Assembly (NCBI GenBank): GCA_946611835.1
Contig: CAMOEE010000001.1
Coordinates: 1-47,371 of the forward strand
Direction: 5' to 3'
Source: an uncultured Treponema sp.
GTDB taxonomy: Bacteria > Spirochaetota > Spirochaetia > Treponematales > Treponemataceae
Length of the DNA stretch: 47,371 bases
Shown here: positions 44,128-47,371 of the stretch, in pieces
Layout of the letters: each line of letters starts with the position of its first letter
Position numbering within the stretch: position 1 is the first letter of the stretch
The notes under the pieces: generated by a model
What the model was told of the DNA's origin: nothing
Database searches by the model: none
The model's input: the letters and a program-made list of their open reading frames with translations, nothing else
Program-made: the position numbers and the translations under genes

Positions 44128-46503
44128 ATGAAAGTAAAAAAATTGTTGAAAGCAACTTCTAAAGCTCTCGCTTTGTTTGCTTCAGCTTTTTTGATGTTTA
44201 ATCTTGTCGCATGTTCTAGCGATGATGATGATGAAAATGTTGGAAGCGGTGGTGGCTCTGAAAGCCTTGCTGTAGGTGGTTCTTACAGTGTACTTTCTGA
44301 CGGAACAAGTGCAGGCCGAAAGGCTGTGACAGCTCCGAACACGGCGGGAACAATCACACTCAAAGTTGGTGAAAATTCAACAACTTACAGTACTATTGCA
44401 GATGCCTTGGCCGCTGCGAAAAACGCTTCTGGCGACTGCGTGATTACATTGGGAACTGGTACATATTCAGAGAACGGACTTTCTTACTCGGGCAACAACA
44501 ACCTCAAGATTTCAGGTCTTGGTTCTGCCGAGTACGGTCTTGATGTCGTAATTCTCGGACAGGGAAGCGACACTTCAAGTGAAAAAGGTCGCTCAACGCT
44601 CGCAATCGCAGGTTCTGGAAACATCGTTCTTGAAAACCTTACAATCAAGAGCAGCCGAGCTGAAACTACGGGAACTGCACAGGCAGAGGTAATCGGAACT
44701 GACGGCACTGGAAACCTTGCCGCTTACAACTGTTCTTTCATCTCTGGTCAGGACACGCTCCGCACTGTGGCAAAGGCATGGTTCTATAAGTGCTACATCG
44801 AAGGCGATGTTGACTTCCTTTGGATGGAATACACAAATGGTGTTGCAGCCCTTTACGAAGAGTGTGTAATCCGTGCAATCGGCACACGCACTACAAAGGC
44901 ATACTTTACTGCTCCTCGCCTTGGTCTTACTTCAAAAGTTGGAAAAGGCTTGGTTGTTTATAACTGTACTTTGGAAGCAGAAAGCGGACTTGAAAAGCTG
45001 TATCTCGGTCGTAATCCGTGGGCAGCTTCTTATATGTCTGACTACTATGAGCAGGTCGCATTTATTGGCTCAAAGCTTTACCTTCCAGAAGGTGTAACTT
45101 TGAATTCTGATGTCTGGGAAAGTGCTGCAAATGGAACAAGCGACCAGAAATATATCGGATTCAAAACAGACGACTACTTTCCGGCTGGAAAATACGGAAC
45201 AAGAATTGGTTCTTCTTTCATCGCTCAGGAATATGCAGGTCGTGAGAACATCTTGAACCGTCTTGTTGTAGTAGCTACTAAGAAATTCCAGAAAGATGTG
45301 GACACATACTGGGATATTGCTCAAGTGATTTCCGACAACGGCTGGACTGTAACTGCTGATTCTTCAAAGTCTTTGTTGACTGGCGAAACAGATCCAACAG
45401 AACTTTCTAAAACTTATGATTTTTCTACTGCTGATGCGGGAGCTTATGTTGATTCAACAGTAACTATCGACGGATTCAGCAATCATTCTTCTGGTACTGC
45501 AAGTGGTGCTACAGGAAAAACAATTACAATTCCTATTTCTGGAAAATGTGTTGTTACAATCAAGGGATGCTATTCAGGCTGGGGAACAATCAAAGCCGGT
45601 TCTCAGGGAGAGGGTGTCTATAACATCAACTCTGGTTCAACAACTAAGTACCTTGAATGTAGTTATATAGTTTATGATTCTTCTGCAACTTCAGTTGTTA
45701 TTACCGCTGGAACAACTTCTTATATCAGATCAATTACTGTTGAGAAAGATGATTCGCTTTCATACACAGCTGTAAGTGGAATTACTGTTTCTTCAAGTAC
45801 GGATGCTCCAACTGTAGGTGTCGCAGCAACAATGACCGCTACTGTAACACCTGATACAGCAACAAACCGTGCAGTAAAATGGACTTCTTCTGATGCAACA
45901 GTAGGTACAATTGATGAGTACTCTGGTGAAGTAAAATTCCTCAAGGCTGGTAATGTAACATTTACCGCAACAGCCCGCGACGGAAGCGGCAAGTCTGGAA
46001 ATGTAACACTTTCTCCTGTAGCCGCTACTTGGACGAAGGCAGAATGGTATGATTCTAAAGATTCAAGTTCTTCATCAACGAGTGGTAGTGGAACTGGTCT
46101 TGGAGGAGCTGCTGGAACAAACAATTCTGTATTTGATACAGGTTCCGCAGGTGGAGTAACTCTTGGTGGTGTAAAATCCGTTACACTGATTGATGGAACT
46201 ACGGCTTCGATTTCGACAGGCCTTAAGATGAATTCAAGTGGTAAAATTACTTTCTCTGTTACAAAAGCAGCAAAAGTAACTGTAATGACTGGATATTGTT
46301 CTGATTCGAATGCTACAAGCGACACATGTGCAATCACTACATCTGATGGAACAGCTACACCTGATAGCTCTAATCCAACAACAACACCAACCGCAGATGC
46401 AACTTACATTTGGACTTTGACTGCTGGAACTTACACTGTTGGACGCGCTGGTTCTGGTTATGCTCCTTCAATTTACTATGTAAGAGTGGACATCACAGAG
46501 TAA
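44128..46503 (+). CDS. Pectinesterase (CE8)-like lipoprotein with Ig-like (Big_2) domain
   Basis: Lipobox LVAC, TIADAL, QAE, GQDTL, YIEGDVDF, YLGRNPW; VTPDTATNRAVKWTSSD Big_2 repeat; GGAGG RBS. Confidence 0.85.
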   Translation: MKVKKLLKATSKALALFASAFLMFNLVACSSDDDDENVGSGGGSESLAVGGSYSVLSDGTSAGRKAVTAPNTAGTITLKVGENSTTYSTIADALAAAKNASGDCVITLGTGTYSENGLSYSGNNNLKISGLGSAEYGLDVVILGQGSDTSSEKGRSTLAIAGSGNIVLENLTIKSSRAETTGTAQAEVIGTDGTGNLAAYNCSFISGQDTLRTVAKAWFYKCYIEGDVDFLWMEYTNGVAALYEECVIRAIGTRTTKAYFTAPRLGLTSKVGKGLVVYNCTLEAESGLEKLYLGRNPWAASYMSDYYEQVAFIGSKLYLPEGVTLNSDVWESAANGTSDQKYIGFKTDDYFPAGKYGTRIGSSFIAQEYAGRENILNRLVVVATKKFQKDVDTYWDIAQVISDNGWTVTADSSKSLLTGETDPTELSKTYDFSTADAGAYVDSTVTIDGFSNHSSGTASGATGKTITIPISGKCVVTIKGCYSGWGTIKAGSQGEGVYNINSGSTTKYLECSYIVYDSSATSVVITAGTTSYIRSITVEKDDSLSYTAVSGITVSSSTDAPTVGVAATMTATVTPDTATNRAVKWTSSDATVGTIDEYSGEVKFLKAGNVTFTATARDGSGKSGNVTLSPVAATWTKAEWYDSKDSSSSSTSGSGTGLGGAAGTNNSVFDTGSAGGVTLGGVKSVTLIDGTTASISTGLKMNSSGKITFSVTKAAKVTVMTGYCSDSNATSDTCAITTSDGTATPDSSNPTTTPTADATYIWTLTAGTYTVGRAGSGYAPSIYYVRVDITE

Positions 46504-46551
46504 CCTAATCTAACCTCCAGCCCTGCGGAAGTACATGCAGGGTAAACTCCC

Positions 46552-46595
46552 TTCCCCTGTGGTGCACTTCATTTTTGCACTGCGGGGGATTTTTT
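46552..46595 (+). terminator. Intrinsic terminator
   Basis: TTCCCCTGTGGTGCA/TGCACTGCGGGGGA stem (with G-U pairs) followed by T6. Confidence 0.75.
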
Positions 46596-46715
46596 GCGCA
46601 AGGGATAGTAGGGGCGGCGTAGCCGTTCGACGCAACCGCAGGTTGAGTCGAATGAAGCGATAGCGTAACCCCGGATAGCCCGACCGACTGCCTTTAGGCA
46701 GGCGGATGCGCCCCC
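46596..46715. repeat. GC-rich palindromic intergenic element (REP/MITE-like)
   Basis: Nested stems TTCGAC..CAACC-GCA-GGTTG..GTCGAA, CTGCCT-TT-AGGCAG and GGGGCG...CGCCCC. Confidence 0.5.
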
Positions 46716-46772
46716 AAAAAAAACAACCCGCTTCTGCCAGAAATTCTGGTGGTAGCGGGCCTTTGTGTTTTT

Positions 46773-47371
46773 TTAATGGTTTTCAACTTTCAACTCTTTT
46801 TTGAGTGCAAGCACCTGCTCCAGGGATAGTGAGCAGCATTCAGCAATCATCTCTGCTGTGAGGGATGATTTTATTAGAAAATTCCTGGCATTAGCGATTG
46901 CAGCCTGCTGCGCTCCCTCTGCAAGGCCTGAGGCATGTCCTTTTGCAATCCCCCGCCTTTCCGCTGCGAGGAGGCCGCTGGTGTAGTCGCGTTTTCGGCC
47001 CTCAATCTGGCCCTGTATGATCCAGCGCCACTCATCCATGTTTATTTTGTTGAGAGTCTTTTCTGCTGCCATGATTCCGTCCTCCTCTTTTACAAGCTCT
47101 GAAATTAAATCCTGTTTTTTGGGATTGTCCGCTTCTTTTAAGAATTTACACCATTTGAGGATGGTTGGCAAGTTTCTCGCTTCCTCACAGTTGTTTATTT
47201 CCGGTAATTTAGGAAGCTCCATGAAGATAACATTGATTCGCTCGCTTAGTTTTGCCCCATCCGACTTATCGCACATGATGTAGTGGTGCACCGGATTCTT
47301 GTTCGTCTTATCAAATCTGAAATTAAGGACTGAAATCTGATAGACCTGCGGGACTTCTCCCCAGTCGTCGC
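46773..47371 (-). CDS. Rpn/PD-(D/E)XK nuclease family protein, 3' part (start beyond window)
   Basis: Frame open to the window end: VYQISVLNF...IFMELPK, WCKFLK, GIAKGHASGLAEG repeats, ANARNFL...IAECCSLSLEQV tail. Confidence 0.85.
   Translation of the reverse strand, partial: DDWGEVPQVYQISVLNFRFDKTNKNPVHHYIMCDKSDGAKLSERINVIFMELPKLPEINNCEEARNLPTILKWCKFLKEADNPKKQDLISELVKEEDGIMAAEKTLNKINMDEWRWIIQGQIEGRKRDYTSGLLAAERRGIAKGHASGLAEGAQQAAIANARNFLIKSSLTAEMIAECCSLSLEQVLALKKELKVENH

Noticed and set aside
45720-46337. 205-aa minus-strand ORF
   Set aside because: Antisense shadow of the Ser/Thr/Gly-rich lipoprotein region.

Overview
Spirochaete DNA, most likely Treponema (P83/100 antigen gene, hydrogenase-like chemoreceptor, spirochaete-type lipoproteins). 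Left to right: (1) a type I restriction-modification locus (hsdM-hsdS-hsdR) with inserted cargo (AlbA_2/HATPase protein, KilA-N protein, decayed DUF3800 gene with a structured 3' RNA); (2) a dispersed NHLM-type type I secretion system (C39 peptidase ABC, partner ABC, HlyD, TolC, solute-binding lipoprotein, HExxH protein) with no YcaO or radical SAM enzyme in the window, linked to an ECF sigma factor, a tiny protein ending in a double-glycine-leader-like motif, and a truncated candidate precursor; the last two share the promoter motif TTAGCC-N16-CGTATAAATA; (3) a plasmid-type replication/partition module (parA, RHH adaptor, repA, about 12 iterons GT[A/C]ACA-N6-CAACG, AT-rich element) at which GC skew appears to invert, suggesting the active origin of a secondary replicon (chromid or megaplasmid); (4) c-di-GMP signalling genes, a LacI/AraC regulator with an in-frame G10 tract, an ORF6N pseudogene, a pectinesterase-like lipoprotein and a partial Rpn nuclease. 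Many genes look leaderless. Family assignments are from motif recognition only; no searches were run.
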